Assembly (NCBI GenBank): GCA_002269645.1
Contig: NIVC01000317.1
Location: 186,001-250,000 of the forward strand
Direction of reading: 5' to 3'
Origin: Macrostomum lignano
Taxonomy: Eukaryota
DNA length: 64,000 nt
Under the pieces are notes generated by a model that worked only from the letters and a program-made list of their open reading frames with translations, was not told the origin of the DNA and ran no database searches. Positions 35,992 to 48,741 of the stretch are shown in pieces. Position numbers and translations under genes: made by a program. Each line of letters starts with the position of its first letter. Within the stretch, counting starts at the first letter, position 1.

Positions 35992-36421
35992 AGTAGTAGG
36001 AGTTAGCAGAACACGGCCGCAGGAAATTCCGTGGAAATTCCGTCACTGGTTTACGTACTGGAGAGATGGCTCCTAGAGCCCTGATCGCCTAAAACTTACA
36101 AGCCTTCGCTGAGTACCAGGTATGGGGGAAGGATGAGCATTGCAACTACATGTATAGGATTTCATGTAAGCATAAAGCAGCGGTAGGAGCAGAAAACGAG
36201 AAGCGCGTATGAATAAAATAAATAGTGGTGCTGCGCGTGTACTGTGCATGTATATGGCTGTGTCTGACTTTTGATATGGTATAGAAATGCAACTGTTTTT
36301 TAATCATTTATGCATAGTAGAAGATACTAAAATTATAATAGGCTCGTATGCTTTTAAAAATTTGCCAATTCGCAGGTTTTTGTTTGCTTACTCTTTCGGC
36401 CTGGAGCTTCTTTTTTGCAAA
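35992..36421 (+). repeat. Polinton left terminal inverted repeat
   Basis: Reverse complement of 49070-49488; only a few substitutions in the outer ~330 bp and one diverged patch near 36325-36350. Confidence 0.9.
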
Positions 36422-36689
36422 GTATGGCTGCGCCTTCTTCAGAGATCAATTAAGTTGTAAACTGATTTAAGGTAGCCTTGAATTTTCGCCCTCTCCAGAT
36501 AACGCATTGCAGCGAAGTGATATCGGGGTTGTCTGGCTGGCTCGATAGGGGCAATAAAGTTTTGGACCATTACTGTTAAAGATTATATTCCAAGTTGTTT
36601 TCGTCATAAAGCAACGGTTTGTATTATGCTTGCCTCGGCATAACGTTTTGAAAAAGGATGAAATGGGCCCTTTCGTTTTTATAAGATAA

Positions 36690-39600
36690 CGAGGCCAACT
36701 CCTCCTCTGGAGGAGAAAGGGGAAGAACTCCCATCACCGGAATTCCATTCCCTGAAATCCATCAGCTGAAATTCCATGACTTGAATCCCATCTTCCAAAT
36801 CATCTCCAAATCCTCTGTAAAGCCTTTCAAATACCATATCTTGTTTTCCCTGTTCGCAAAAACTGACTGCCATTGTCCAGACTCAGATTCTTCTGTCTCC
36901 TCTCTTCTCTTTTCTCTCCTCTCACGTCTCTCATCTCTACCACCTTATTTATCTCTTCTCCCTCGTCTTTCGTCTTTCTCTTCTGTCTCCTTTATCCCCT
37001 GTTTTCTCCTCTCTCCTCTCTCCTCTCTTCTCTCCTCTCTCATCTCTCATCCCTCATGCCTCATCTCACTATTTCTTTCTCCTCTACTCTCAGCTCCTCT
37101 CTTCTCTCTCCTCTCATCTCTCCTGTCTCCCTCTGCTATCTCATATATTCCCTCTCATCTCCTCTCTCCTCTTTTCTTCTCTCTCCCTCTTCGTTCCCGC
37201 CTTACTCCCCTCTTCTCTCCCATCTGTCATGTCTAATCTGTCCTCTCTCATCTCTACTCTCTTTTCTATAATCTCTTCTCTCTTCTCTTTTCACTCTTCT
37301 CTTTACTCTCTTTACTGACTGACTGAAGATACCAAATCCATCAAAATCCCTCCGTGAAACAGAAATCCTCTCCGCGAAACAGAAATCCTCTCCGCGAAAC
37401 AGAAATCCTCTCCGTGAAACTGGGCTCCATGGAAATCCTCTGAGTGAAACTGACATCCATCAAAATCGTCTCCGTAAAACAGAAATACATCTAAATTCTC
37501 TCCACGAAAAATAAATCCTCTCCGTGAAACCGAAAACCATCAGAATACTCCGTGAAACTGGACTCAATCGAAATTTTCTCTGTCAAAAAGAACTTAACTT
37601 TCAGAATTCATTGGTTAGGGTTAGGGTTCGAGCTGCACAGAGCTGCGTGTTGAATTAATTGAATCAATTAATTGCGCAAACCATTTCTCAGTCAGACAGT
37701 ATCAGTCTTATTTAAAGTTAAATAAACAGTTGCGCAATCTAAATCAACCCTCCAATACACAGCAGCAGTGAGAAGTTGAACCCTCCCCCAACTTTATCTA
37801 TTACGTCTCGCAAAACTAAGTACAATCTTTGCAGAAAGTTAAAAGTATGAAAATAGTTTTTCAAATGCTGTGCTTTTTCTTTTCATATATAAAGCAAACA
37901 ACTTATATCCCCAAACTCAGCGTTGCAAGATCTTTCCAGCAATATAAGTCTCTCCTCTCAAAGTTTAAAACTCGAGGAACAGTTAGCGTTTGAAATTTAC
38001 TAGAGAAATTTGCTAGAGAAGCTCGCAGTCGCAATTCATTGAATTTCACTGCCAAGCTAATACACAGGGCTGGCTGCCTATGGAGAAAAAAGGCGCCGAT
38101 AATAAAACCAAATGAATTTCGACACAGTCTATCTATTTACACTGTACAACTGCTATGTACACTCAGCCCAAGCCCAACCCCCGTTCTGGGGGAAGCATTA
38201 AATTTAACTCGACCCCCCAACACGCGGGGTTTTATTTGCATTGAACGCAGAACACGCGCACCCACCACCCCTCAATACACAGCGGCCCGCGGGCGGAGGT
38301 TGGGGTGGCTATTTTTACAAACTGGCTGAAGCCCCAGGCAGAGTGACCAAAGAAGGTTATTGGGGGTTAAAAAAGCAGTTTTCTGCTTTTTTAGGGATGT
38401 TAAAATGTGAAAATTAAAAATTAAAATAGCCTAAAGCCTGCTCCGGAAAATTTGCAGTTTTCCCATATAAGTTTCGACGTTGACTTGGCAGAATTGTAGG
38501 AGTTCACTTGCTACATACAGACAGACAGACATACAGACAGACAAACATCGCGTCGGTTTTAGTATTAGGACGAGGCCAACTCCTCCTCTGGAGGAGAAAG
38601 GGGAAGAACTCCCATCACCGGAATTCCATTCCCTGAAATCCATCAGCTTAAATTCCATGACTTGAATCCCATCTTCCAAATCATCTCCAAATCCTCTGTA
38701 AAGCCTTTCAAATACCATATCTTGTTTTCCCTGTTCGCAAAAACTGACTGCCATTGTCCAGACTCAGATTCTTCTGTCTCCTCTCTTCTCTTTTCTCTCC
38801 TCTCACGTCTCTCATCTCTACCACCTTATTTATCTCTTCTCCCTCGTCTTTCGTCTTTCTCTTCTGTCTCCTTTATCCCCTGTTTTCTCCTCTCTCCTCT
38901 CTCCTCTCTTCTCTCCTCTCTCATCTCTCATCCCTCATGCCTCATCTCACTATTTCTTTCTCCTCTACTCTCAGCTCCTCTCTTCTCTCTCCTCTCATCT
39001 CTCCTGTCTCCCTCTGCTATCTCATATATTCCCTCTCATCTCCTCTCTCCTCTTTTCTTCTCTCTCCCTCTTCGTTCCCGCCTTACTCCCCTCTTCTCTC
39101 CCATCTGTCATGTCTAATCTGTCCTCTCTCATCTCTACTCTCTTTTCTATAATCTCTTCTCTCTTCTCTTTTCACTCTTCTCTTTACTCTCTTTACTGAC
39201 TGACTGAAGATACCAAATCCATCAAAATCCCTCCGTGAAACAGAAATCCTCTCCGCGAAACAGAAATCCTCTCCGCGAAACAGAAATCCTCTCCGTGAAA
39301 CTGGGCTCCATGGAAATCCTCTGAGTGAAACTGACATCCATCAAAATCGTCTCCGTAAAACAGAAATACATCTAAATTCTCTCCACGAAAAATAAATCCT
39401 CTCCGTGAAACCGAAAACCATCAGAATACTCCGTGAAACTGGACTCAATCGAAATTTTCTCTGTCAAAAAGAACTTAACTTTCAGAATTCATTGGTTAGG
39501 GTTAGGGTTCGAGCTGCACAGAGCTGCGTGTTGAATTAATTGAATCAATTAATTGCGCAAACCATTTCTCAGTCAGACAGTATCAGTCTTATTTAAAGTT

Positions 39601-42600
39601 AAATAAACAGTTGCGCAATCTAAATCAACCCTCCAATACACAGCAGCAGTGAGAAGTTGAACCCTCCCCCAACTTTATCTATTACGTCTCGCAAAACTAA
39701 GTACAATCTTTGCAGAAAGTTAAAAGTATGAAAATAGTTTTTCAAATGCTGTGCTTTTTCTTTTCATATATAAAGCAAACAACTTATATCCCCAAACTCA
39801 GCGTTGCAAGATCTTTCCAGCAATATAAGTCTCTCCTCTCAAAGTTTAAAACTCGAGGAACAGTTAGCGTTTGAAATTTACCGATTTCCCGACTGCTTGC
39901 TAGAGAAGCTCGCAGTCGCAATTCATTGAATTTCACTGCCAAGCTAATACACAGGGCTGGCTGCCTATGGAGAAAAAAGGCGCCGATAATAAAACCAAAT
40001 GAATTTCGACACAGTCTATCTATTTACACTGTACAACTGCTATGTACACTCAGCCCAAGCCCAACCCCCGTTCTGGGGAAGCATTAAATTTAACTCGACC
40101 CCCCAACACGCGGGGTTTTATTTGCATTGAACGCAGAACACGCGCACCCACCACCCCTCAATACACAGCGGCCCGCGGGCGGAGGTTGGGGTGGCTATTT
40201 TTACAAACTGGCTGAAGCCCCAGGCAGAGTGACCAAAGAAGGTTATTGGGGGTTAAAAAAGCAGTTTTCTGCTTTTTTAGGGATGTTAAAATGTGAAAAT
40301 TAAAAATTAAAATAGCCTAAAGCCTGCTCCGGAAAATTTGCAGTTTTCCCATATAAGTTTCGACGTTGACTTGGCAGAATTGTAGGAGTTCACTTGCTAC
40401 ATACAGACAGACAGACATACAGACAGACAAACATCGCGTCGGTTTTAGTATTAGGACGAGGCCAACTCCTCCTCTGGAGGAGAAAGGGGAAGAACTCCCA
40501 TCACCGGAATTCCATTCCCTGAAATCCATCAGCTGAAATTCCATGACTTGAATCCCATCTTCCAAATCATCTCCAAATCCTCTGTAAAGCCTTTCAAATA
40601 CCATATCTTGTTTTCCCTGTTCGCAAAAACTGACTGCCATTGTCCAGACTCAGATTCTTCTGTCTCCTCTCTTCTCTTTTCTCTCCTCTCACGTCTCTCA
40701 TCTCTACCACCTTATTTATCTCTTCTCCCTCGTCTTTCGTCTTTCTCTTCTGTCTCCTTTATCCCCTGTTTTCTCCTCTCTCCTCTCTCCTCTCTTCTCT
40801 CCTCTCTCATCTCTCATCCCTCATGCCTCATCTCACTATTTCTTTCTCCTCTACTCTCAGCTCCTCTCTTCTCTCTCCTCTCATCTCTCCTGTCTCCCTC
40901 TGCTATCTCATATATTCCCTCTCATCTCCTCTCTCCTCTTTTCTTCTCTCTCCCTCTTCGTTCCCGCCTTACTCCCCTCTTCTCTCCCATCTGTCATGTC
41001 TAATCTGTCCTCTCTCATCTCTACTCTCTTTTCTATAATCTCTTCTCTCTTCTCTTTTCACTCTTCTCTTTACTCTCTTTACTGACTGACTGAAGATACC
41101 AAATCCATCAAAATCCCTCCGTGAAACAGAAATCCTCTCCGCGAAACAGAAATCCTCTCCGCGAAACAGAAATCCTCTCCGTGAAACTGGGCTCCATGGA
41201 AATCCTCTGAGTGAAACTGACATCCATCAAAATCGTCTCCGTAAAACAGAAATACATCTAAATTCTCTCCACGAAAAATAAATCCTCTCCGTGAAACCGA
41301 AAACCATCAGAATACTCCGTGAAACTGGACTCAATCGAAATTTTCTCTGTCAAAAAGAACTTAACTTTCAGAATTCATTGGTTAGGGTTAGGGTTCGAGC
41401 TGCACAGAGCTGCGTGTTGAATTAATTGAATCAATTAATTGCGCAAACCATTTCTCAGTCAGACAGTATCAGTCTTATTTAAAGTTAAATAAACAGTTGC
41501 GCAATCTAAATCAACCCTCCAATACACAGCAGCAGTGAGAAGTTGAACCCTCCCCCAACTTTATCTATTACGTCTCGCAAAACTAAGTACAATCTTTGCA
41601 GAAAGTTAAAAGTATGAAAATAGTTTTTCAAATGCTGTGCTTTTTCTTTTCATATATAAAGCAAACAACTTATATCCCCAAACTCAGCGTTGCAAGATCT
41701 TTCCAGCAATATAAGTCTCTCCTCTCAAAGTTTAAAACTCGAGGAACAGTTAGCGTTTGAAATTTACCGATTTCCCGACTGCTTGCTAGAGAAGCTCGCA
41801 GTCGCAATTCATTGAATTTCACTGCCAAGCTAATACACAGGGCTGGCTGCCTATGGAGAAAAAAGGCGCCGATAATAAAACCAAATGAATTTCGACACAG
41901 TCTATCTATTTACACTGTACAACTGCTATGTACACTCAGCCCAAGCCCAACCCCCGTTCTGGGGGAAGCATTAAATTTAACTCGACCCCCCAACACGCGG
42001 GGGTTTTATTTGCATTGAACGCAGAACACGCGCACCCACCACCCCTCAATACACAGCGGCCCGCGGGCGGAGGTTGGGGTGGCTATTTTTACAAACTGGC
42101 TGAAGCCCCAGGCAGAGTGACCAAAGAAGGTTATTGGGGGTTAAAAAAGCAGTTTTCTGCTTTTTTAGGGATGTTAAAATGTGAAAATTAAAAATTAAAA
42201 TAGCCTAAAGCCTGCTCCGGAAAATTTGCAGTTTTCCCATATAAGTTTCGACGTTGACTTGGCAGAATTGTAGGAGTTCACTTGCTACATACAGACAGAC
42301 AGACATACAGACAGACAAACATCGCGTCGGTTTTAGTATTAGGACGAGGCCAACTCCTCCTCTGGAGGAGAAAGGGGAAGAACTCCCATCACCGGAATTC
42401 CATTCCCTGAAATCCATCAGCTGAAATTCCATGACTTGAATCCCATCTTCCAAATCATCTCCAAATCCTCTGTAAAGCCTTTCAAATACCATATCTTGTT
42501 TTCCCTGTTCGCAAAAACTGACTGCCATTGTCCAGACTCAGATTCTTCTGTCTCCTCTCTTCTCTTTTCTCTCCTCTCACGTCTCTCATCTCTACCACCT

Positions 42601-44231
42601 TATTTATCTCTTCTCCCTCGTCTTTCGTCTTTCTCTTCTGTCTCCTTTATCCCCTGTTTTCTCCTCTCTCCTCTCTCCTCTCTTCTCTCCTCTCTCATCT
42701 CTCATCCCTCATGCCTCATCTCACTATTTCTTTCTCCTCTACTCTCAGCTCCTCTCTTCTCTCTCCTCTCATCTCTCCTGTCTCCCTCTGCTATCTCATA
42801 TATTCCCTCTCATCTCCTCTCTCCTCTTTTCTTCTCTCTCCCTCTTCGTTCCCGCCTTACTCCCCTCTTCTCTCCCATCTGTCATGTCTAATCTGTCCTC
42901 TCTCATCTCTACTCTCTTTTCTATAATCTCTTCTCTCTTCTCTTTTCACTCTTCTCTTTACTCTCTTTACTGACTGACTGAAGATACCAAATCCATCAAA
43001 ATCCCTCCGTGAAACAGAAATCCTCTCCGCGAAACAGAAATCCTCTCCGCGAAACAGAAATCCTCTCCGTGAAACTGGGCTCCATGGAAATCCTCTGAGT
43101 GAAACTGACATCCATCAAAATCGTCTCCGTAAAACAGAAATACATCTAAATTCTCTCCACGAAAAATAAATCCTCTCCGTGAAACCGAAAACCATCAGAA
43201 TACTCCGTGAAACTGGACTCAATCGAAATTTTCTCTGTCAAAAAGAACTTAACTTTCAGAATTCATTGGTTAGGGTTAGGGTTCGAGCTGCACAGAGCTG
43301 CGTGTTGAATTAATTGAATCAATTAATTGCGCAAACCATTTCTCAGTCAGACAGTATCAGTCTTATTTAAAGTTAAATAAACAGTTGCGCAATCTAAATC
43401 AACCCTCCAATACACAGCAGCAGTGAGAAGTTGAACCCTCCCCCAACTTTATCTATTACGTCTCGCAAAACTAAGTACAATCTTTGCAGAAAGTTAAAAG
43501 TATGAAAATAGTTTTTCAAATGCTGTGCTTTTTCTTTTCATATATAAAGCAAACAACTTATATCCCCAAACTCAGCGTTGCAAGATCTTTCCAGCAATAT
43601 AAGTCTCTCCTCTCAAAGTTTAAAACTCGAGGAACAGTTAGCGTTTGAAATTTACCGATTTCCCGACTGCTTGCTAGAGAAGCTCGCAGTCGCAATTCAT
43701 TGAATTTCACTGCCAAGCTAATACACAGGGCTGGCTGCCTATGGAGAAAAAAGGCGCCGATAATAAAACCAAATGAATTTCGACACAGTCTATCTATTTA
43801 CACTGTACAACTGCTATGTACACTCAGCCCAAGCCCAACCCCCGTTCTGGGGAAGCATTAAATTTAACTCGACCCCCCAACACGCGGGGGTTTTATTTGC
43901 ATTGAACGCAGAACACGCGCACCCACCACCCCTCAATACACAGCGGCCCGCGGGCGGAGGTTGGGGTGGCTATTTTTACAAACTGGCTGAAGCCCCAGGC
44001 AGAGTGACCAAAGAAGGTTATTGGGGGTTAAAAAAGCAGTTTTCTGCTTTTTTAGGGATGTTAAAATGTGAAAATTAAAAATTAAAATAGCCTAAAGCCT
44101 GCTCCGGAAAATTTGCAGTTTTCCCATATAAGTTTCGACGTTGACTTGGCAGAATTGTAGGAGTTCACTTGCTACATACAGACAGACAGACATACAGACA
44201 GACAAACATCGCGTCGGTTTTAGTATTAGGA
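36690..44231 (-). mobile_element. Four head-to-tail copies of a ~1.88-kb non-autonomous Helitron-like element
   Basis: Units 36690-38570, 38571-40456, 40457-42344, 42345-44231. On the minus strand each starts TCCTAATACTAAAA with a (TGTC)n tract and ends with hairpin CTCCTCC-AGA-GGAGGAG followed by TTGGCCTCG. Confidence 0.7.
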
Positions 44232-44456
44232 GAGATTTAAACTTGAGGCCGAGGGTATATAGAGTCTACATTGGCTGCTTGAATTTACTTGTGAATAAAA
44301 GACCATTATAAACGTATAACGCTATGCATTGAACTGGATCCTATTCAAGATCTGGTGGCCCGTTACTGCTGATAGTAAATTTGAAAAGAATATAAATAGA
44401 GAGGAGCAGCAGCTGAAGATCAAGTAGCGATTATTAGTGAATAATTTCAAATTAGA

Positions 44457-46008
44457 ATGTCGTCCGATTGGCAACACGAGGTGTGCATGACTTGTAAAAA
44501 ATGCAAACAAGGTGGACTCCGACCGGATCGACATAAAAACTGCACGAACGTGACGAAGTGGAGTGTCTGCTGGCAGTGCTCAAAGGTTTCTCTATATGAA
44601 GCGAAGAAGAGCGCTAAGCAATGTAAGGCTCATCGGGGTCACCAATTGCTGCCTGGGACTAAAGACACAGCGCGATCTTTTCGACGAATGGTAATGGGAG
44701 CGGCGAGGCGACACATGGAGCATCAAACGGCGGAAGTGGCAGCAGCCAAGCAGCGATCGAGCGTGCTCAGTCAAGTAATTAATGGTGTAATTCAAGCTCG
44801 AAACGACAGCCTAAGTTCCAGCGATGAGTTCGTAGACGTAAATACTAGAGAACCCTCGATACTTCCTCAGCCAAACAATGGAATGGAAACTGGGACAGCT
44901 GACGCAGTGCAAGCCATTGCACCTATTAGACGTGCTCCATCCATAAGAGGCAAGCAAATGGTTCAAATCGATAGTTCGATGATTGAAGAAGAAGGCGACG
45001 AGATGGAGGAGGACATCGAACTTGACGGCTTTGCTTCTGCTGCTGCTGGTGTCCCGGTTGGCGCCGACTCTGCTGCTGCTGCAGCTGCTGGTGTCCCGGT
45101 TGGCGCCGACTCTGCTGCTGCTGCTGGTGTCCCGGTTGGCGCCGACTCTGCTGCTGCTGCTGCTGCTGGTGTCCCGGTTGGCGCCGACTCTGCTGCTGCT
45201 GCTGGTGTCCCGGTTGGCGCCGACTCTGCTGCTGCTGCTGGTGTCCCGGTTGGCGCCGACTCTGCTGCTGCTGCTGGTGTCCCGGTTGGCGCCGACTCTG
45301 CTGCTGCTGCTGGTGTCCCGGTTGGCGCCGACTCTGCTGCTGCTGCTGGTGTCCCGGTTGGCGCCGACTCTGCTGCTGCTGCTGGTGTCCCGGTTGGCGC
45401 CGACTCTGCTGCTGCTGCTGCTGCTGGTGTCCCGGTTGGCGCCGACTCTGCTGCTGCTGCTGGTGTCCCGGTTGGCGCCGACTCTGCTGCTGCTGCTGGT
45501 GCCCCGGTTAGCACTGACTCTGCTGCTTCAAACAAAATTCCAGCCGCAGTCACTGATGCAGCTGTTACTGTTGCAAATGGTCATGATGAGCTCAATGAGC
45601 TGCTAGCGTCCATCGACCTGCCAACGACGACGATGACGCCGGCAAATGTTGCTGATATTAATGAAAATGCTGGTGCTAACTATTTTACTTTAAATCTGCT
45701 ATTGCCGCACGTGAGTGGAGTGGCTATGTTGTGCAAGTTGACGGCAATAAAATCACTCTTACCCCGTTGTAATTTCCTATTTTATTTTCTCTGTACTCAC
45801 ACAAATTCGTTTTTATTTGGGTTGGTGTGGAGTGTGGACGTTGGTTACAATATATTAGAACCGTGGGTTGGTAAAGCATCCATGAGGATATTGGAGTAGA
45901 AAAAGAAATACTTGTGTGTGTGCACTATCCAAATATTAATATTCAAACGAAACCCATATCAGCTTCTGTTTTGCTCGTAATGGTTTTCAGGACTACTTCA
46001 AATGCTAG
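44457..46008 (+). CDS. Polinton cargo protein of unknown function (Cys/His-rich N-terminus, acidic stretch, VPVGADSA4-6G repeats)
   Basis: ATG at 44457 with an open frame of at least 418 codons. Donor GTGAGT at 45711 and acceptor TTTTCAG at 45990 would add DYFKC-stop; the unspliced ORF ends at 45899. AATAAA signals lie downstream. Confidence 0.55.
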
Positions 46009-46613
46009 GGTGTGTTGCTATAGGGGATATAGGTTGATTAAATGGTTTTTATGATGTACTTTTCACCTAATATAATTGCTTAATAAACTTATTTAATGTT
46101 TCGAACTCTTGGTCAGTGTTCTTCAAACTTATGCATGCATGCTGCAGTTTCAAATGGAGCTCGCTGCTGTTAATTGTCAGGTAATAAACATTGCATGCCC
46201 TACTGAATCAAAATAAACTTGCTAGTAAATTAGCTACAGTGAAAGTGAGTTTTCAAAGTTTTTGCTTTACTTCTTTATAAAAAATGGATCTAGATAAGTA
46301 CGCTCATAGATAAACAGATTCTGTGTGATTTGATTCGCAAATTAAAAAAATCAGTGGATTTTTTTTGAATAATAATTTAAAGTGGCATGTCTGTTAGACA
46401 ACTGTCTGTTAGACAACTGTATAACGCTTTAAATTGCAAGCTCTTAGCGCGAATAAGTAAACTTAATCATTAAATTTGCATATTTAAATGAAAAATTAAA
46501 AATTAATTAAAAATTAAAAATTAAAGTAACTAGGAGTACCTTCAGCATGCTCACTGTTAATCAAAATAGTTCGCATTATAATCATAAACTACATGATGAG
46601 GGATGTGCCAAAG

Positions 46614-47654
46614 CTAAACCTTTCTTAAGTCTTTTTCATCCACCCAGCCTGTCCAATCGTAGCCGGCCCACTTGACAAGATAGATTGACAACACTTTCTC
46701 AATCACGTATAGTCGCTGTGAGTCCGGCACCGCCTGCAGCTCGTGCTCGTGAAAGAGGCCTTGAATCTCTTCTCCCTTCATGTCTCGGATCTTGTACATG
46801 TAAGGATAATGTTTCGGAGCTTTTGCAACTACAGTGTACACTTCCTCACTCCAGTTTGCTTTGTACCCTTTTTTCAATAGCCGGGGCGCGTTAGAAATTC
46901 TTACAGTTTGATTTTCACTGAACTTTGGTTTCCTGACTTTATCCAAAGTTTCTATTGCCTTGCCATCATACAGGTTCATCCACACTTCCGACTCATTTTG
47001 CTTGCAAACATTTCTTGGCGCCATTCTGATGCTTCTGTGAAAAGTAGCATTGTACGACTTCACTAACTTTGGTAGCACATCTACCCAGTGCAGAGTGCTG
47101 TTGTGAGTGAAGTATCGCCACATTTTATTCTTCAAAGTTCGGTTCCATCTTTCTACAATCGCTGCTTTCTGCTCGCTGTTTGTTTTAAACGCTAAAATGC
47201 CATTCTCTATGCAGCTCTGTCGAAAGCTTGAGTTGACAAATTCTTTCCCCTGATCTGAGCGAACTGTTCGCGGCCTGCGCTTCGTGCTCTTCAAAATTGC
47301 CTCGAAAGCAGACCGCACTTCTGCTGATTTATTCTTTAGTGGCTTGGCCCAAGCAAACTTTGACAGCACATCGATGCATGTGAGGATATACTTGTATCCG
47401 TGATTGTACTTTGCGAACGGAATCATTTCTACCAGATCCAGTTTCCACTGATCATCCATAGCTCGAACTACAATTGGTGCTCGGGGATAGTTTCTTCTTG
47501 ATGGTTTGTGTAAAGTGTAAACTGCCTGTTCGTTAAGCCAATTCTTAACAGATTTTTCTCCCACTTTGATACCTTGTTTTCGAGCCTCATTCAGAAGTTT
47601 GTTGCAACCAGAAAAACAGGCAGGCTGCTCGGGATTAAAGAATATCTTTTCCAT
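46614..47654 (-). CDS. Polinton/Maverick retroviral-like (rve, DDE) integrase with C-terminal chromo-like domain
   Basis: Intact 346-aa ORF: DQWKLDLVEM, IDVLSKFAWA, VRSDQGKEF, KAAIVERWNRTLK, VIEKVL...LVKWAGY. Confidence 0.9.
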   Translation of the reverse strand: MEKIFFNPEQPACFSGCNKLLNEARKQGIKVGEKSVKNWLNEQAVYTLHKPSRRNYPRAPIVVRAMDDQWKLDLVEMIPFAKYNHGYKYILTCIDVLSKFAWAKPLKNKSAEVRSAFEAILKSTKRRPRTVRSDQGKEFVNSSFRQSCIENGILAFKTNSEQKAAIVERWNRTLKNKMWRYFTHNSTLHWVDVLPKLVKSYNATFHRSIRMAPRNVCKQNESEVWMNLYDGKAIETLDKVRKPKFSENQTVRISNAPRLLKKGYKANWSEEVYTVVAKAPKHYPYMYKIRDMKGEEIQGLFHEHELQAVPDSQRLYVIEKVLSIYLVKWAGYDWTGWVDEKDLRKV

Positions 47655-48144
47655 TTGCTAAAAAATCAACTGAGACAGCTTTCTTTCTTAAATGCTTAAG
47701 GGCCTGCGACGAATAAAGTTTGAAAGAACAACAGTGTATTTTACATGCAGTAACATATATACGCTAAAGCAAGCATTCAGCGGAGCACAACACAGTGAGC
47801 ATTTACTTCAGTGATTCGATTCAGAACAGTTACAGACAAAAGAAAGGAAACTGAGTAAAGTTTAAATGAAATCAAGTTGTTAGTCAAATTGTTGAAAATG
47901 AAGTCACGCGAACTTCTGAATAAATTTTGATTTTTTACCACAATTTTTTTCTCGATTATTATAATTTTTATATGCGCATGGTAATCAAAGAAATACAAAA
48001 TGCGAACGATCGCTGTCATTTAAAAACAAGTTCACTCATCATCTTCGTCCGAGTTCGGCAGCTCGTCGCGGGGCATCCACCTCGGCCTCTTGACCGCATC
48101 CTGCCTGCGCAGAGCCCACGGTTGCTTGCTCTTTCTGCTGTTGT

Positions 48145-48348
48145 TCACCGCAGCCGCATGAGCCCGGAATTGATACCATACCGGATCTTCTTGCAAGTTT
48201 GTGTCCTCTGACGGGATGTAGTAACGAACGTCAGGTCTGTTGGTGAGCGGGCCTCTTCTTCACCCTCATTCGGCTCAATCTTGACGGGAAGCTTCACGGT
48301 GACCTCTTCATCATTGTCAGATGAACTCAGCTCATAGTTCATTCGCAT
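48145..48348 (-). CDS. Small acidic ORF inside the Polinton, unknown
   Basis: ATG-started 67-aa ORF co-oriented between the PC4-like gene and the integrase; no recognisable motif. Confidence 0.3.
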   Translation of the reverse strand: MRMNYELSSSDNDEEVTVKLPVKIEPNEGEEEARSPTDLTFVTTSRQRTQTCKKIRYGINSGLMRLR

Positions 48349-48396
48349 GCTTCGAGAGGGCTCTGCCAGCTGCTTGTCGATCCAGCCAGAAGCGTG

Positions 48397-48741
48397 TCAC
48401 AGTTTTTGCCACAAAAGCGGAGACAGAGGCACTGTTTTGCGTCTCAGAAACTCTTCGCAACAGTCCTCGGGCAGTCGCTTCAACCAAATTTTTCCTTGTC
48501 TAACCTCAATAAACTTGTCAAAGCCCAATTTCACAACCTTGGTTTCACCGCTTAGAGCAGCCTTCACGAGCGAGCGCTTTACCTCCTTCAGTTTCGCCCA
48601 CTGATGCGTATTCAGATTGAAGCCGGGAACTCCAGGCTTGAGGCTGGCGCTGCTGCCATGCCGAAAAAACTTCCTTATGGCGATGAATTTTTGCCCTTCA
48701 AATTCCTGCACCTGTACCTTGTAGCCTTCGCCGATGTCCAT
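48397..48741 (-). CDS. PC4/Sub1-like ssDNA-binding protein (one clear domain plus a degenerate second repeat)
   Basis: IGEGYKVQVQEFEGQKFIAIRKFF...KPGVPGFNLNTHQWAKL matches the PC4 pattern (VxVxxFxGxxxIxIR...PgxxGixLxxxQW). Confidence 0.7.
   Translation of the reverse strand: MDIGEGYKVQVQEFEGQKFIAIRKFFRHGSSASLKPGVPGFNLNTHQWAKLKEVKRSLVKAALSGETKVVKLGFDKFIEVRQGKIWLKRLPEDCCEEFLRRKTVPLSPLLWQKL

Noticed and set aside
37613-37627. TTAGGG telomeric repeats
   Set aside because: Only two copies per Helitron-like unit; not an interstitial telomere.
36679-44078. Repeated 84-151 aa ORFs in the 1.88-kb units
   Set aside because: Low-complexity CT-rich translations; some are broken by unit-specific indels; no RepHel motifs.
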